Source: Camelus ferus
Lineage: Eukaryota
Direction: 5' to 3'
Assembly (NCBI RefSeq): GCF_009834535.1
Contig: NC_045697.1
Coordinates: 18,416,001 to 18,480,000, forward strand
DNA length: 64,000 bases
The position numbers were made by a program, and so were the translations under genes. The notes under the pieces were generated by a model, which saw only the letters and a program-made list of their open reading frames with translations, searched no databases and had not been told where the DNA came from. Every line of letters begins with the position of its first letter. Position 1 is the stretch's first letter. Positions 38,250 through 50,442 of the stretch are shown here, piece by piece.

Positions 38250-39205
38250 AACAAATGTTTGCTGTTAAGTTTTTTATTGTAGAAATTTTAAGCATAGTCA
38301 AAAGTAAACACAATAATAAAATGAATCCCCGAGTGCTCATCACCCAGCTTCAATAATTATCAACACATGGTCAACCTTTTTATTTTTTTTTTTAATCTCC
38401 ACTTATTTCCCCCATACACTGCTTCTGGGATATTTTGAGGCAAATCCAATATATCACATCATTTCACTCATAAATGTTCCCATATGTATCTCTAAAAATA
38501 AGAACTATTTTTTTTATTTAAAGTAACCAATATGCCATCACAGTACCTAAAAATATTAATACTATTTCCTTAATGTCAATCAAAAGTTTGAGTTCAAAGT
38601 TCTCTTATTGTCACCTGGATTATTTTTCACTCCATTTATTTGAATCAGAATCAAAACAAGCTGTATACATTGCATTTGGTTGGTATGCCTCTTAAGCTTT
38701 GTTTAATCTCTAGGTTCCAACAATTATCAACACAAAATCCACATTATTTTATCTGTATCTTCCCCTTACCCCTTGCCCACCTCTCCTTCTAGAATATTTT
38801 GAAGCAAGTTCTGGACACCAACATCATAGATTTCATTTCTAGCTATTTCAGTTGTTACCTCTAAGACTCTCACTGTCTCTTTAAAACACAATCACAATAC
38901 CACTAGTACACCAAAATAATAACAATAATAATACTTTAATATCACCAGAGATTATCCAGACATTGTTTAAATTTCCCTAATTGTTCACCTTTTCCAACAG
39001 TTGTTTTCTTCAAATCAGGATCCAAACAAGCCCAGTCATTTCATTTGGTTGACTTGTCTGTTAAATCTCTTTTCATCTCTAGGTTGCCTTCCTCTTTTTT
39101 TTTTTTTTTTTTTTTTTTAACTTTCCACTTTACTTGTTGAAAGAACGAGGTCATTAGTTCTGTAGTTTGCCCATTCAGGATTTTGCTGAGTGCATCACTG
39201 AGATG
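38250..39205 (-). mobile_element. Old L1 (L1MC/L1ME-like) 3' region
   Basis: cccagcttcaataattatcaac...gaatcag...acattgcatttggttg repeated subunit; poly-T at about 39095-39118. Confidence 0.65.
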
Positions 39206-39471
39206 TCACTTTCCATGGGGGTGGGAAGCTTAGAGGCTCTGACATCACACAGCCCTGGGAGAGTATCTGACCCTGCAACTTACTTGTGGGCAACTGGTGG
39301 GAATTTCTGTAACTTTTCCAAGCCTCAGTTTTTTCATCCTAAAAGGGGATAATGATACTCAACTCTTAAAGTTACTGGGAGGAGTCACTGACTAATGCAT
39401 TATTAGAAATTGGGTACAATGCCTAGTACATAGTAAATGCTAAATTAATTTTTTTCTTAAAAATGGCTATT

Positions 39472-39888
39472 GATGGAAGCAACCCAAGTTTCTATTGATA
39501 GATGAATAGAGAAACAAAACGTGTTATAGCCATACAATTATTCAGCCCTAAAAACAAAGGAAATTTTAACTCAGGAGACAGTATGCTAAGTGAAACAAGC
39601 CAGTCACCAAGGACAAATACTGTATGATTAGTCTTATATGAGGTACCAAGAGTAGTCACACTCATGGAGACAGAAGGTAGATGGTAGTTGCCAGGAGCTG
39701 GGGGGAGAGAGGAGGGAGGAGTTAGTTTTTAATGGTACAGAGTTTCAGTTGGAGAAGATGAAAAAGTTCTGGAGATGGATAGTGGTGATGGTTGCACAAT
39801 GTGAATATACTTAATGCCATTGAACTTACACTTAAAAATGGTTAAAATGGTAAATTTTGTTATGTATATTTTACAACTAAAAAAAAAG
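39472..39888 (+). mobile_element. L1 3' end (L1MB-like)
   Basis: tggaagcaacccaagt...aaagttctggagatggatagtggtgatggttgcacaatgtgaatatacttaatgcc...aaaatggttaaaatggtaaatttt followed by an A tail. Confidence 0.85.
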
Positions 39889-40351
39889 AGCAATTAAGTA
39901 ATTTTGTCTAGAACCATAGCTCCAGCTGCACCCCTACCTTTCAACTCATGCCTCTTGGAGATGGCTGGCACAATTCAAATGATCACAAAAGGCTGTGATC
40001 ACAAAAGAAAATGGATGTAACTGATCTGAAATCCTGGCCTGCATCCTCAAGTCCACAAATGTCCATTAGGCATGAGCTCTGAGCGAAGCCTGGCTGAGGG
40101 CGCGGTGTGGGTTCAGAGGGGAGACGAAGATGCACAGAAGTCTGATACACAGCCGCTGGCCTCCGAGGCCCTTCTAATTCCCATCAAATTAGGGAAATTT
40201 ATGATAACAACACATGGCAGCACAAGGGTCTCCAGATGGTAAACGGGAGCTAGCACTACAGCCTGGGTCTCCATCCCTTCTTCAGAAAATTCCAAAGGGT
40301 TGTCAGGGAGACTGTGGCCTCACCTGCCCCACCCCACCTCCATTCTTCCCC

Positions 40352-40371
40352 ACTGCGCCACCTAGAGGCCT
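40352..40371 (-). promoter_or_regulatory. CTCF motif (reverse)
   Basis: Minus strand aggCCTCTAGGTGGCGCagt, a close match to TGGCCACCAGGGGGCGC. Confidence 0.55.
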
Positions 40372-40907
40372 GGAGGTCCTGCCCCCACCACGTGGCCATG
40401 AGCAGGGACAATCAGATTCTCTGAGAATTGAAACAAAGGAACAGAGAGGGAATGTCAGGGGTGACCCGATTAGACTCAGGCGGGGCTGGTCCTCTTGAAG
40501 GCACCTGAGAAAAGGAGCCCGCCAGGAGGGTAGGTCTTCAGGGAGACTCTGCAGAAGGAAGCTGGGGCTCGGAGAGGCACCAAGGCAAGAGAAGGTGGAG
40601 AGGTACAGAGACAAATAGTCAGATAGAGACGCTGTTCCTTCCCAGCTTCTACTTCCAGTTTCCACCCTTCAGGAGGCCCTGCGCTCCCTGCCCTGGGGCC
40701 TCTGAGATCTCTCCCCGTTCCCTCAGCCAGTGTGAGTGGAGGCCCAGGCTGGTCCCCGGAAGCCGACTCTGAGATGAAGTTAAGTGGGTGCCGTGTTTCC
40801 TGAGGACCGCCCTCGGGATGGACACCACAGGAAGGAAGAGAGGGAAGTGGGAGTGGGCAGAGGAGGAAGCTGCGCTGGGATGTGCCCAGAGCCTCAGCCC
40901 ACCCATG

Positions 40908-41265
40908 GGTACTGGTCTGTGGGCTGCTGTAACAGAGAGCAGACGGGTGGCTTAAACAACAGAAACCATTTCTTCCCAGTTCTGGAGGCTATAATTCCAC
41001 CAAAGTGTCAGCAGAGTTGGTTTCTTCTGCAGCCTCCCTCCTTGGCTTGTAGGCGACTGCCTTCCTCTGCTGTCTTCACACCGTCTTCCTTCTGTGTGTG
41101 TCTGTGTTAGGGCAGACATTTTTATCTCCTTTTTTATAAGGAAACCTGTTATCCTGGACCTTGGGCTCACCATAAAGGCCTCTTTAAAGTCCCAGTCTCA
41201 ATATTCTGAGGTCCTGAGGGTGAGGGCATCAACATATGACTGGGAGGGAAGCCAGTTGGGCCATG
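40908..41265 (-). mobile_element. MaLR LTR (MLT1A/B-like)
   Basis: gggctgctgtaaca...ggtggcttaaacaacagaaa...ttctgaggtcctgagggtgagggcatcaacatatga. Confidence 0.75.
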
Positions 41266-41269
41266 ACAC

Positions 41270-41520
41270 CGTGAAAAGCTCTGAAGTTAGAATAACCCTT
41301 CAAAATTGTTCTAATTGGACCCAAATGGCCAGATCCGTATGGATAAGCATTGGATGGGGGCCTCCCTGGGAAGGGCATGACTTTAGGCGAGGCCACTTTC
41401 TGCAGCTGAATTGGTCCCCAAGGGACCTGACATTTGAAGATGGTCTCCTGACAGTGTCCCTACAGCTGGGGCAGCAGAGCCTTCCTTGAAGGATACTCTG
41501 GGCAGTGCATCACACAGTCC
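41270..41520 (-). mobile_element. ERVL LTR fragment (LTR16C-like)
   Basis: cccttcaaaattgttctaattg...cattggatggggg...gggcatgactttaggcgagg. Confidence 0.5.
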
Positions 41521-41978
41521 ACCAGTGGGTTCCATTTCTCGCTGCCAGACAAACTTTAAGACAAGGATATCATGAGGGTTAAATAAGACAATCCTGCTCA
41601 GCTCCCTGAGGGCATGGACAGCGTGCTGGTCACTGTGTCCCCCTACTGTGATAGACACTGAACCCAACACACACACGTCATCCTCTGCTGCCTCGCCCAC
41701 CTGCACCTCAGAGGCAGGAAAAACTCAAGCCTCATATTCTCAGGCTTTCTTCCAGAAAAGATATCTGCTGGGTGGGGTCCTGAGAAAGTTTGTGACAACA
41801 GGGGTAGACGTGACTGGTGCTGCCACCCCCCTGCAGATGTGACACATGAGCCTGGGTGGCTATCTTACCTGCTGAGGGAATTGCAGAGAGGAGAGGGCAT
41901 AAACCAGGGCTGGCAGCTGCAGACCTCCAGACTTCTTGTTAAATGAAAAGAATAAAGTCCTTTTTATTTAAAATACCA

Positions 41979-42420
41979 TGTAGTGAGATGAACGGTGTCC
42001 ACCCAAAAGATAAATCCCTGCCCTAGAACCTCTGAATGTAACATTTGGAAAAGAGGTCTTTGCAGATGGAATTAATTAAGGATCTTGAGATAGGATCATC
42101 CTGGATTAAGGTGGGACCTAAATCCAAGGACAAGCGTCCCTATGAGAGAAGGAGAGAAGACATAGGGAGGAGGTGACAAGAAGATGGAAGTGGAGATTGG
42201 AGAGACCCATCCACAGGCCAAACAATGCCAGCAATGCTCAGCAGCTCCCACCAGGAGCTCGGAGGGAGGCAGGAGATGGATTCTCCCTCAGAGCCTCCAG
42301 GAGGAACCAACTCTGTGGACACGCCGATTTCAGCCTTCTGGTCTCCGGAAGCGTGAAGGAATACATTTCTGTTGTTTTCAGTCACCGGGTTTGTCATGGT
42401 AGTCACAGGAGACTAATGCG
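41979..42420 (+). mobile_element. MaLR LTR (MLT1C/D-like), near full length
   Basis: tgtagtgagatgaacggtgtcc...tttggaaaagaggtctttgcagatg...gattctccctcagagcctccagaggaacc...ggagactaat. Confidence 0.85.
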
Positions 42421-42448
42421 CATTGTTAAATTGTTTTCTATTTGCAGT

Positions 42449-42750
42449 CTGTCTTAGTCCATTCAGGCTGCTGTAATAAAACTATCTGAGACTGAGTGGC
42501 TCACATGCAACAGAAACCCATTTCTTAGTTCGGAGGATGGGACTCCAAGCTCAAGGTGCCAGCGCAGTCAGGTTCTGGCAAAGGCCTGCTTGGTTGCAGG
42601 TTAACTTCTCATTATAACCTCACATGGTGGAGGAAGTGAGGGAGTTCAGTGGGGTCCCATTCGTGAGAGCTCTGCCCTCATGACTTAAGCACCTCCCAAA
42701 GGCCCCACCCCCTTGGGTCTTAGGATTTCAACATGTGAACTCAAGGGGGC
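42449..42750 (-). mobile_element. MaLR LTR (MLT1A/MST-like)
   Basis: tgtcttagtccattcaggctgctgtaataaaa...cctcccaaaggccccacc...taggatttcaacatgtgaa. Confidence 0.75.
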
Positions 42751-43391
42751 TGTAGAGGACACGGAGATCATTCCACATGCAGCGTTTGGCCTTCTCCCTG
42801 GAGGTAATAGTTGTCATTGAAGAGTCTCAATCCAGGAGGATCAGAATAGAAATGGTGCTTTAAAAAAATGGATCTGCTGTTGTTACCACTGACTCCAGAC
42901 CTGTTGGGACACAATGCATAGATAAATGGTCTCCATCCGTCCCTGGAGGTGCCAGCAATTGTCCAAATGAACCACACTCTACACTGGCTGAGCCACAGAT
43001 TAGTGCAAATCTCCCAGTTGGAGAGGTCTCAAGACTTGTAATTACAAAATGCAATCATTTAACAATGGTACAGTGGGGCATTCCAGTAATCCCTCAGAGA
43101 CATCACATAAAGCTGCCAATTATGTGTCCTCTCGCCAAGACCTTGGTCCTTTGAGCCTGCTTCTCCCACTCATCAACCCTGCCCTTTGACAAAGATTCCC
43201 AGTGTCCCTTGGATGTTTCCAGACCTGGAGTCACTTCTCACATGCTCTTGGCTCTGACTCCATCTCAGGTTCTGCCTGTGGCCCTTTGACAACGGATTCT
43301 GACCCTTCTCACCCAAGTATTAGGCACATAGAATCAGTCCAGCCATGAGTAAAAAGTGACTTTCCACTTCATGCATTGAGCTTCCTGATAC

Positions 43392-44644
43392 TGTTACCAA
43401 ACAAAAGTTCATGTGCCCGACGCACAGTGAGGCTGTCACCGATAGATGCAACCGGTGTTCCAGGTTCTTGTCCTGTCCCAGAAAGAATTCAGAGACAAGA
43501 CTTGGAGGTTAAAAAAAAAGATAAAGTGAGGATTTATTAAAGGATGGATAGTACACTCTCAGGGGAGAGCGGGCAAGCTCAGGTGAGGGGCTGCCCTGAG
43601 TTTCTTTGGCAAGTTAGTTATATAGGGTGTAAAAATGAATGGGCGGAATATTCATTGGGGAGGGAAGGGTTTGGGGTCGTATTCCCTGATTATCATCCCA
43701 CCTCCACCTTCCCAAAGGGAGGAGGGATTTTTGTCCTTATTTAGTCTGGACCGGAAGTGTCATGGTGTCGGTGCATGACAGGTACTTCTGATCTGCAAGG
43801 CTAATTTTATTGAAATGAGGGCATAATGAGCAAAAGGTTACATTCAGACACTAGAAATTCCTGCCTTTTCTCACCTTTCTTTGTTCTTCTCCAGGCCACT
43901 TGTCATCCCAAAAGGCATGATCCCTTATCAGCCCTAAGGTTCCTGCTTTTCTTTTTCCGCCCAAGGAGCCCTGCTGCTTACATGATGTGTGGTGTCCTGC
44001 ATTTGGCCTGTGCCCCTCCTTTCTGCCCAATTCCTGCCATTTGTTCTGTGTCCCCCTTTCTCTGCTCATATCTAGCTATCTGCCTGCTCTAACAAGGCCA
44101 AACAACCCAAAACTTCAGAGTCTGGAGCAGAGAATGATTTACTGCAGGGCCAAACAGTGAGGACATGTGGCTCATGTTCAAAAAACCTGAACTCCCTGAC
44201 AGTTTGAGGGGAAAAGTTTTTATAGGCAAAATTTGGGGTGAGGGCAGCAGGGTGTATGACTTTCTTCCAGGTGGTTGGTGGTGAGGTGACAGGATGATGT
44301 TCCAGGAATCTTGTGCTCAGGCTGAAGTTGTCTTCCTCCATGTGGGTGGAGACCTCAATTCCAGCAGCAGAACTCAAAGATATTGTTACGTATATTCCTT
44401 GAGGAGGAGCCAGGACCCTGCCCCACGGCTGCACTATTGTCTCCCTGCTGTTCCTCCCTTGTCTCTGTATTCCCTCCTTTCCCTTATTAGCAACTGTTTG
44501 AATCTGCCCTTTGGAACTCAAGGAAGGTCAAGGAAGCTGAATGAAGCCTATTTTTTTTTTTTTAACAAAAAGGAAAGGTAGGGGGTGGTGGTTACAGAAA
44601 GGATTTGAAGCAGGGAGGGCCCCACAGGGTCCTGCTCTGTTTCA
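43392..44644 (-). mobile_element. Solo ERV LTR (outer), interrupted near its 3' end
   Basis: Minus strand TGAAACAGAGCAGGACCCTGTGGGG...TTTGGTAACA; TATAAAA at 44218-44224 and AGTAAA at 44138-44143 on the minus strand. Confidence 0.75.
43434..44094 (-). mobile_element. Solo ERV1-type LTR (inner, 661 bp) with 4-bp TSD
   Basis: TG...CA termini; TSD aggc at 43430-43433 and 44095-44098; minus-strand TATATAA (43618-43624) and AATAAA (43533-43538). Confidence 0.85.
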
Positions 44645-45094
44645 GTGGTTCTTCTCCCAATTGTTCACATCCCACCAGGCAGTCCCCGGTTAGGAGCCCC
44701 ATTCATAAGCCCTAGCTCTGGGCTCTGATGGCATCACTCTTCCCCTTGTTCTGACAGCTCTGGGGGTGGGGGTGGGGGTGGTTTCCTGTGGTGGGTAATT
44801 TCATCATCGTACTTCTCTTCTCTTTTCTCCCATCCTTGGTCTAACCAATCCCCTATATTAAATTCTCTCTGTTCGAAAGACCTAGAGTGGTTTCTGATTT
44901 TCTTGCTAGATCCTGGCTAATAAACAATTTATGCGAATTTAAAATATATGTATGCTCTGGTGAAAGGACTGGCCTGAGAATCAAGATGTCTGGGATGGAA
45001 GCCGAGTTCTGCCCCCAAAGCAAAGTGAAATTTTCTTTGTCTATTTTCCTTGGGCTTTGGATTTCTAACTCACACTGTTAGTGCTGAAGTAGGG

Positions 45095-45118
45095 GTGTGT
45101 GTGTGTGTGTGTGTGTGT
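45095..45118. repeat. (GT)12 microsatellite
   Basis: Read directly. Confidence 0.95.
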
Positions 45119-45362
45119 TTAAAGTACACTCCTATACAAATGCATGTATATATACACATTCATATGTGTATATATGTCTAAGAATATATATTTTTTCCCA
45201 TGGATAATATTCAAGGATATCTATGAAACATATGGCAGGTGCCCTTAGAGTGGAGAAGGAGGATTAAAAAAAAGGTAAACAGATAAACAGCAAGTCCTGG
45301 TACTAACCAAGAACGTTAACATGACATAACTGCTGTCTGAACACAAGGTCTCAAACAATTAA

Positions 45363-45767
45363 TTTTTTTGTGTGTGTATATATATAGAAGTATAGTCAGT
45401 TCACAATGTTGTGTCAATTTTTGGTGTACAGCACAATGTTTCAGTCGTACATGATCATACAGATATTCATCTTCATGTTCTTTTTCACCATAAGTTGCTA
45501 TAACACATTGAATATAGTTCTCTGTGCCACACAACATAAACTTGTTTATCTAATATATAAATGTGTATATGTGTGTGTATATATAGATACATAGATATCA
45601 GTTGGTATCTGCAAATCTCCAACTCTCAATCCACTGCCTTCCACCCTCTTCCACCCCTGACAACCACAAGTTTGTTCTCTATGTCTGAGAGTCTGTTTCC
45701 CCTTTGCAAATGTTCGTCTTTTTTTTTTTTTTCAGATTCCACATATAAGTGATATCATATGGTATTG
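45363..45767 (-). mobile_element. Young camelid-type L1 3' end
   Basis: aagtatagtcagttcacaatgttgtgtcaatttttggtgtacagcac...gattccacatataagtgatatcatatggtatt. Confidence 0.9.
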
Positions 45768-45984
45768 TCATATGGTTAGCCCTCTGCCTGACGCCTCATT
45801 GTCTTCTCCCAGTGCCTTTGCTCCCTGAGGAAGCCTCTCAGGACCGTCCTTTCTAGAATCTGAACTCCTATAGCACTGTCATGAATATCTGATTCTTTTT
45901 TTTTTTTTTTTCTGCCCCACATTTTTTTCCTTTTGGGGACTTTCCTTCGTCCCAGAACTCTGGGATTCTGATGGGCTGTCAATC

Positions 45985-46362
45985 AAGGGCCAGGACTTGG
46001 CCACACATGAATGAACATAAAACTCATGGGCCACAGGGACTGACCCAGGGATGGACCAGGGACCAGAATGGGCTTGGGACAGGAAGTATCTCCCTTCTTT
46101 CTAAAGGACCTTGGCTGGAGCTGGCAGGCATGCCCTTTTCTATAACATGGAAAAACAGTGGCAGAGAATGAGGCCACATGGAGGGAAACAAAGCTGAGAA
46201 CTGCCCAGAGAGAGTCCTGATTACATGACAAGAGTGCTCTGGATTCGGCCATGCCCGAAGCCAATGACCAAAGGAGTCTAGTGCTTGAGCCAGTAAATCT
46301 CGCTTTTGCTGAAACTACATTGAATTTGGGTTCCTGTCACTTAAACCAAGGGTCTTGAACAA
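45985..46362 (+). mobile_element. Old MaLR LTR (MLT1K-like)
   Basis: ctggattcggccatgcccgaagcca...gagccagtaaatc...ttcctgtcacttaaaccaag. Confidence 0.55.
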
Positions 46363-47379
46363 CTCAGCCTCTAATTTTCAGGACGACTCATTTGGCACAT
46401 AGCTCATGACAACCAGTGGAGCTGGTTCCTCTGAATGTCCCACCTCTTCCACAGCAAGCTTGGGCTCATGTCTGTGTCAGGGCAATCAGGCCAGGCTCCT
46501 GGTTTCTTTCAGCATAAGCCTCTCTCTTTGGCACTTTTTTCTTTCCATACTATTGATCAGGCTTTCATGGTAAGATAATTTAGAGGCACAGCAAACTGCT
46601 TAAGGTAGCTTATGCTGAATTTCCAGTGCTGGCTGGCTTTGCCTGGAGCCTCTCCCTGTATTGATATATACATGTCAGCACTCTCTCCTTCCTCACCTCT
46701 CCATCTTGGTGACAGGTGTGTGCAGCCTCACCACCCCATTCCCCAAATGCCTCCATCTCAGCCTGACACCTCACTTGAAGACAGTTCTTGCAGGCTCAGG
46801 AGTCCTGCTGAAAAAGCTCTCTGTGAGGCCTCAGGGACCCCCAGATTTAAGGCACCACTGGAGCTAGAGGTGTTACTTCTCATCTGCTATCACAGCTCAA
46901 GGGCCTGGGGAGCAGGGGTCTCCGTTTTATTTCATCACCCCTTTTATCATGCAAGCACTCACTCCAGAGCCTGCCATGGTTCCCTAGTGCTACCCATATG
47001 TTAACTAACCTTTTGCCACAAACTGCCCTGCTTAGGCTAACTTTCTTCCTGCACATCCTCTCTCTACACCCCAAGGCTTGTGGGCTGACCCACTCCCTGC
47101 CTCATAAAAATGCCAAACTCATTCTCTTCTCACAGCTTCTGTACTTGATGCTCTTCCTGTCTAGAATAACTTTCTTTCTTCTTTCTCCCACCCTCAGTCC
47201 CATAGAGCCCACTTTAAGTTCCACCTCTTCCATGCAGCCCTCCCATGATTCTTTCTGAGTCTCCTAATGGGCTCCTGGCTGGATGACATGCTTCCTGATG
47301 GTAAGGACCATCACTTAGCCATCTTTTATTTCCCTCCCTCCCTCTCGGCATCTGGCAGGACTAGGTGTAGTTTGGAGAC

Positions 47380-47555
47380 AGTTTCTTATGTTTACTTGAT
47401 CTAAGCATCACTTTGGGGATTTGTTTTAGAAATACAAGTGCCCTGACTTGTCTGCTGGAGATTCTGACTTCATAGATTTGGGGTAAGATGCTGGGACCTG
47501 TATTTTCAAAAGCACCAGGATACAGGCTTTTGTTGAGGCAGGTTTGGAAAACAGA
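47380..47555. mobile_element. MER5-like hAT element
   Basis: gcatcactttggggatttgttttagaaataca...gagattctgacttcataga...caggtttggaaa. Confidence 0.6.
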
Positions 47556-47719
47556 GTTAGAGGGATCATATTGCCAAAACACAGATCAAGACATAGCTGA
47601 CAAGTTCAAGTGTTTTTATGAGAACAAAGCACAGGATACTTGAAATGTATGTGAGCCCAGAAATTCCAGGGTGTGAGTTTCTCCCACACGTCGTGATGTT
47701 GCCCCATTTTGGGGCTGAG

Positions 47720-47930
47720 AGAATGGGCTTGGGGTCTGCCAAGGGTTTGAATCTTGCCTCAGCCACTCATTATGGGACTTTGGACAATATATTTAACCTC
47801 TCTGAACCTCAGTTTCCTCATCTGTTAATTGAAAATAACAATAGGAACCACTTCCCAAGATTTCTGTGAGAATTAAAGGTCTTACACACAAAGCCCTCAA
47901 GTCCATGCTTGGCACAGAGTAACTATTTGT
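47720..47930 (+). mobile_element. MIR SINE
   Basis: ggtttgaatcttgcctcagccactc...tttaacctctctgaacctcagtttcctcatctgt. Confidence 0.8.
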
Positions 47931-50142
47931 CACATATTTGTAACAATTACCAATGGGTGTTAGATTATTGAAGCCAGGAGATCTGCCAGGTTGTAGTTAG
48001 TTGTAGGCTAGAGGAAACACTTTGTTGGTGGGACCCGTTCCCCATTCCTTTTGAGAGGGACCACTTGGAAGGAACTCTTAGTTCTAATGCCAGTGCTAAC
48101 CTACCACTGGGGCAGGGTACAAGGATCCCCAAGAGCCTGAAGTAGGGGAAATACAGACTGAAAAGTGTTCTATTTATTTTACAATAACAATATTGTGCTC
48201 CCAGCTTTGTGTCTTTGCTGTTTAGAGAAACTTTTTCTTCCTCAGTCCATGTTTATGCAGCGTCACAACTGAAAAGTATTTCTTGTCTTTGGGAGCTGTG
48301 TGTTCCCTTGTCCTACCTTTGGTCACAGGAGATGGAGAAGGTAGCTGTGGCTGGAGGACAGAAAGCCCGATCTTCTCTGCTCTTAATGCCAGAGGTAAAA
48401 CTATGACCAAGACCTGGTCCAGGCCAGAACAGTCAGGCTACCAGGTGGTATCATTTAAGACAGAAAAACCCAGTGCATTTGAAAATGAACTTGAATGTGT
48501 CTTATATGAGGCGGGGGACAAGATTTCTTTTCCAAGCAATAGATCAATTGGTCAATGGATTAACTGATCAACAAGCTTTCTCTTAAAGGCAAGAGATACT
48601 TCTATTACCAATCATTTGGGGTCAGGAAAATGACAGGGTCTTAGTCTAGAGAGCAGGAAACTTTCCTCTTCTCTTAGGGCCAAAGGGCAGTTGGACTTGT
48701 ACTGTGATGGAAGAAGACACCGGGGAAGTGTTGTTCTTGGGGAAGTTCATGGTCATTAGCACCATTTTGGGAACAGGAGTGCCATGGTCCCATGTTAACT
48801 GTAGTTCTGTCAGGGAGGTAGAGACGCTGAGCTCAAGCAGTGGTCATAAAGCCCTCTCTGGTCTGTGATCCCATGGTCCTAAACCTCAACAAAACCTTAC
48901 AGGAAGAATTTAGTGGTGGGGCAAATTTAGCAGAGAATCGTCCCCTCTTAGACTAGGGGTCTCAGGAGCAGCCACCAACAAAGAAGCTGGTAGAGGGAAC
49001 CAAAGAGGCCTTCCTGGAGGAGGTGGTGCTGGGCTAAATTATCAATCAGGTTTTACTGCTGAGCCAAATGTTTGCGGATGGCTTTAGAGGCCACTACTGA
49101 CCCCACAGTCCCTCCCATGATCCTCAGAATTGACACCTCCAGGTGTCTCACAAGGATCATTTTAAGGTCTAGAAATTCTGACCCCCAACCCTCTCAGGCC
49201 TGCTGTGGACTGGATCTCTTTCCCCTCCTCGTGCAGGGCTATTTTCCCCTGGCCTTGGCTTTCCCTTTGGCAAAATATGGCATTCTCTCACTGCACATCC
49301 TGACACACGCTCAGAAATGACAGGGTTCTTGTGAGGCCAGCCTGCCAGGAGCAAGGTTTGCCAAAGCTGTACTAGAGCCAAGCGAGTGGACTGCGAGTGA
49401 GCAACGGGACTGCACTCGACCCGGTTCCAGGCTGGAAGGTGAAGCAGCCTCCCAGCGATTTCCTCCAACCTCAGAAGCCAGTTACTTGGTGGCTGGCAGT
49501 TCACATGAGGTCTCCCTGACATCTCCAATCAGGAATGCAGCTTGCTGGGGACTTGGAAGCAAAGAGCAGGGAAGTCATTAGTCGGCAGGACCATCAGCAT
49601 GTCCCCAGGGACCTCAGTCTGCCTTAGCGAGCAATGGATCTGCTCTCGGCTGGCTCTCAGCTGAGCATCGTGAGGCTCATGTAGGGGTGGACGTGGACCT
49701 TCTGGGACCCTTTGACCACCTGAGACCTGGCAGAGCAACTCAGCCTTGTCTTTAAACCCATAAATCCTTGGATCTGACAATGAAAGAGAAGGAAAGGTGG
49801 CTGAAGGCAGATCCGTAGTTGCAGTTTGCTGACTCTACCAACGTTCATGGTTTGCAAACATTATTTAGTAAACAGATACAAGGATGGGATCAGGGAGGGG
49901 CCAGGAGCTCTACTCTTGACCTCAGAGCATCCTTGTTCCTGATGCAAGTCCCCTGCTCTTGACCCTGAGCTTGGCTCCAGATACATCTTTATGTCCTCTA
50001 ACACGTCCCTGCCATGGTCTGACTGACAACTCCTGCTGGCTGCTACCCCCCAACCAGGGCTGGCTTGGCTCAACATGCGAGGGGTGCTCTGGTTTTTGGC
50101 TGGGAATATGTTCATCCCGCTGGGGGCTAGAAGGCACTAGAA

Positions 50143-50285
50143 CAGTGTTTCTTAAACTTTAATGCTCAGGGCTCTTGTTAAAACGCGATTCAGCTGGGTG
50201 AATCCCAAGATTCTGCATTCCTAGGAAGCCCCCAGGTGGTGCTGATGCTGCCTCAGCATGGCGCCACATCGAGAAAGAAAGTGCC
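50143..50285. mobile_element. MER5A-like element
   Basis: cagtgtttcttaaactttaatg...cccaagattctgcattcctaggaagcccccaggtggtgctgatgctgc. Confidence 0.7.
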
Positions 50286-50442
50286 AGAAGGCTCTGCAGT
50301 TACTGCTCTGGAGTCAGGACTTGGAATTTTCAGAAACAGGGATCCAAAGAGCGCCCTTGTGACAATGATCAGCTGACTCTCCGCTGGGGCCACCTAACCC
50401 CCACCAGCAAGGCCCAGCCCTGCCGGAAGCTTGGAGACTCAA

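Larger units (their letters stand above)
43100..44925 (+). mobile_element. Ancient ERVL-class LTR (host), split by nested LTRs
   Basis: 3' end attaaattctctctgttcgaaagacctagagtggtttctgattttcttgctagatcctggctaata resembles LTR33/LTR41-type ends; the left boundary is uncertain. Confidence 0.45.

Noticed and set aside
45935..45945. Canonical NF-kB site GGGGACTTTCC
   Set aside because: It is a single isolated motif next to a poly-T tract between repeats, with no supporting context.
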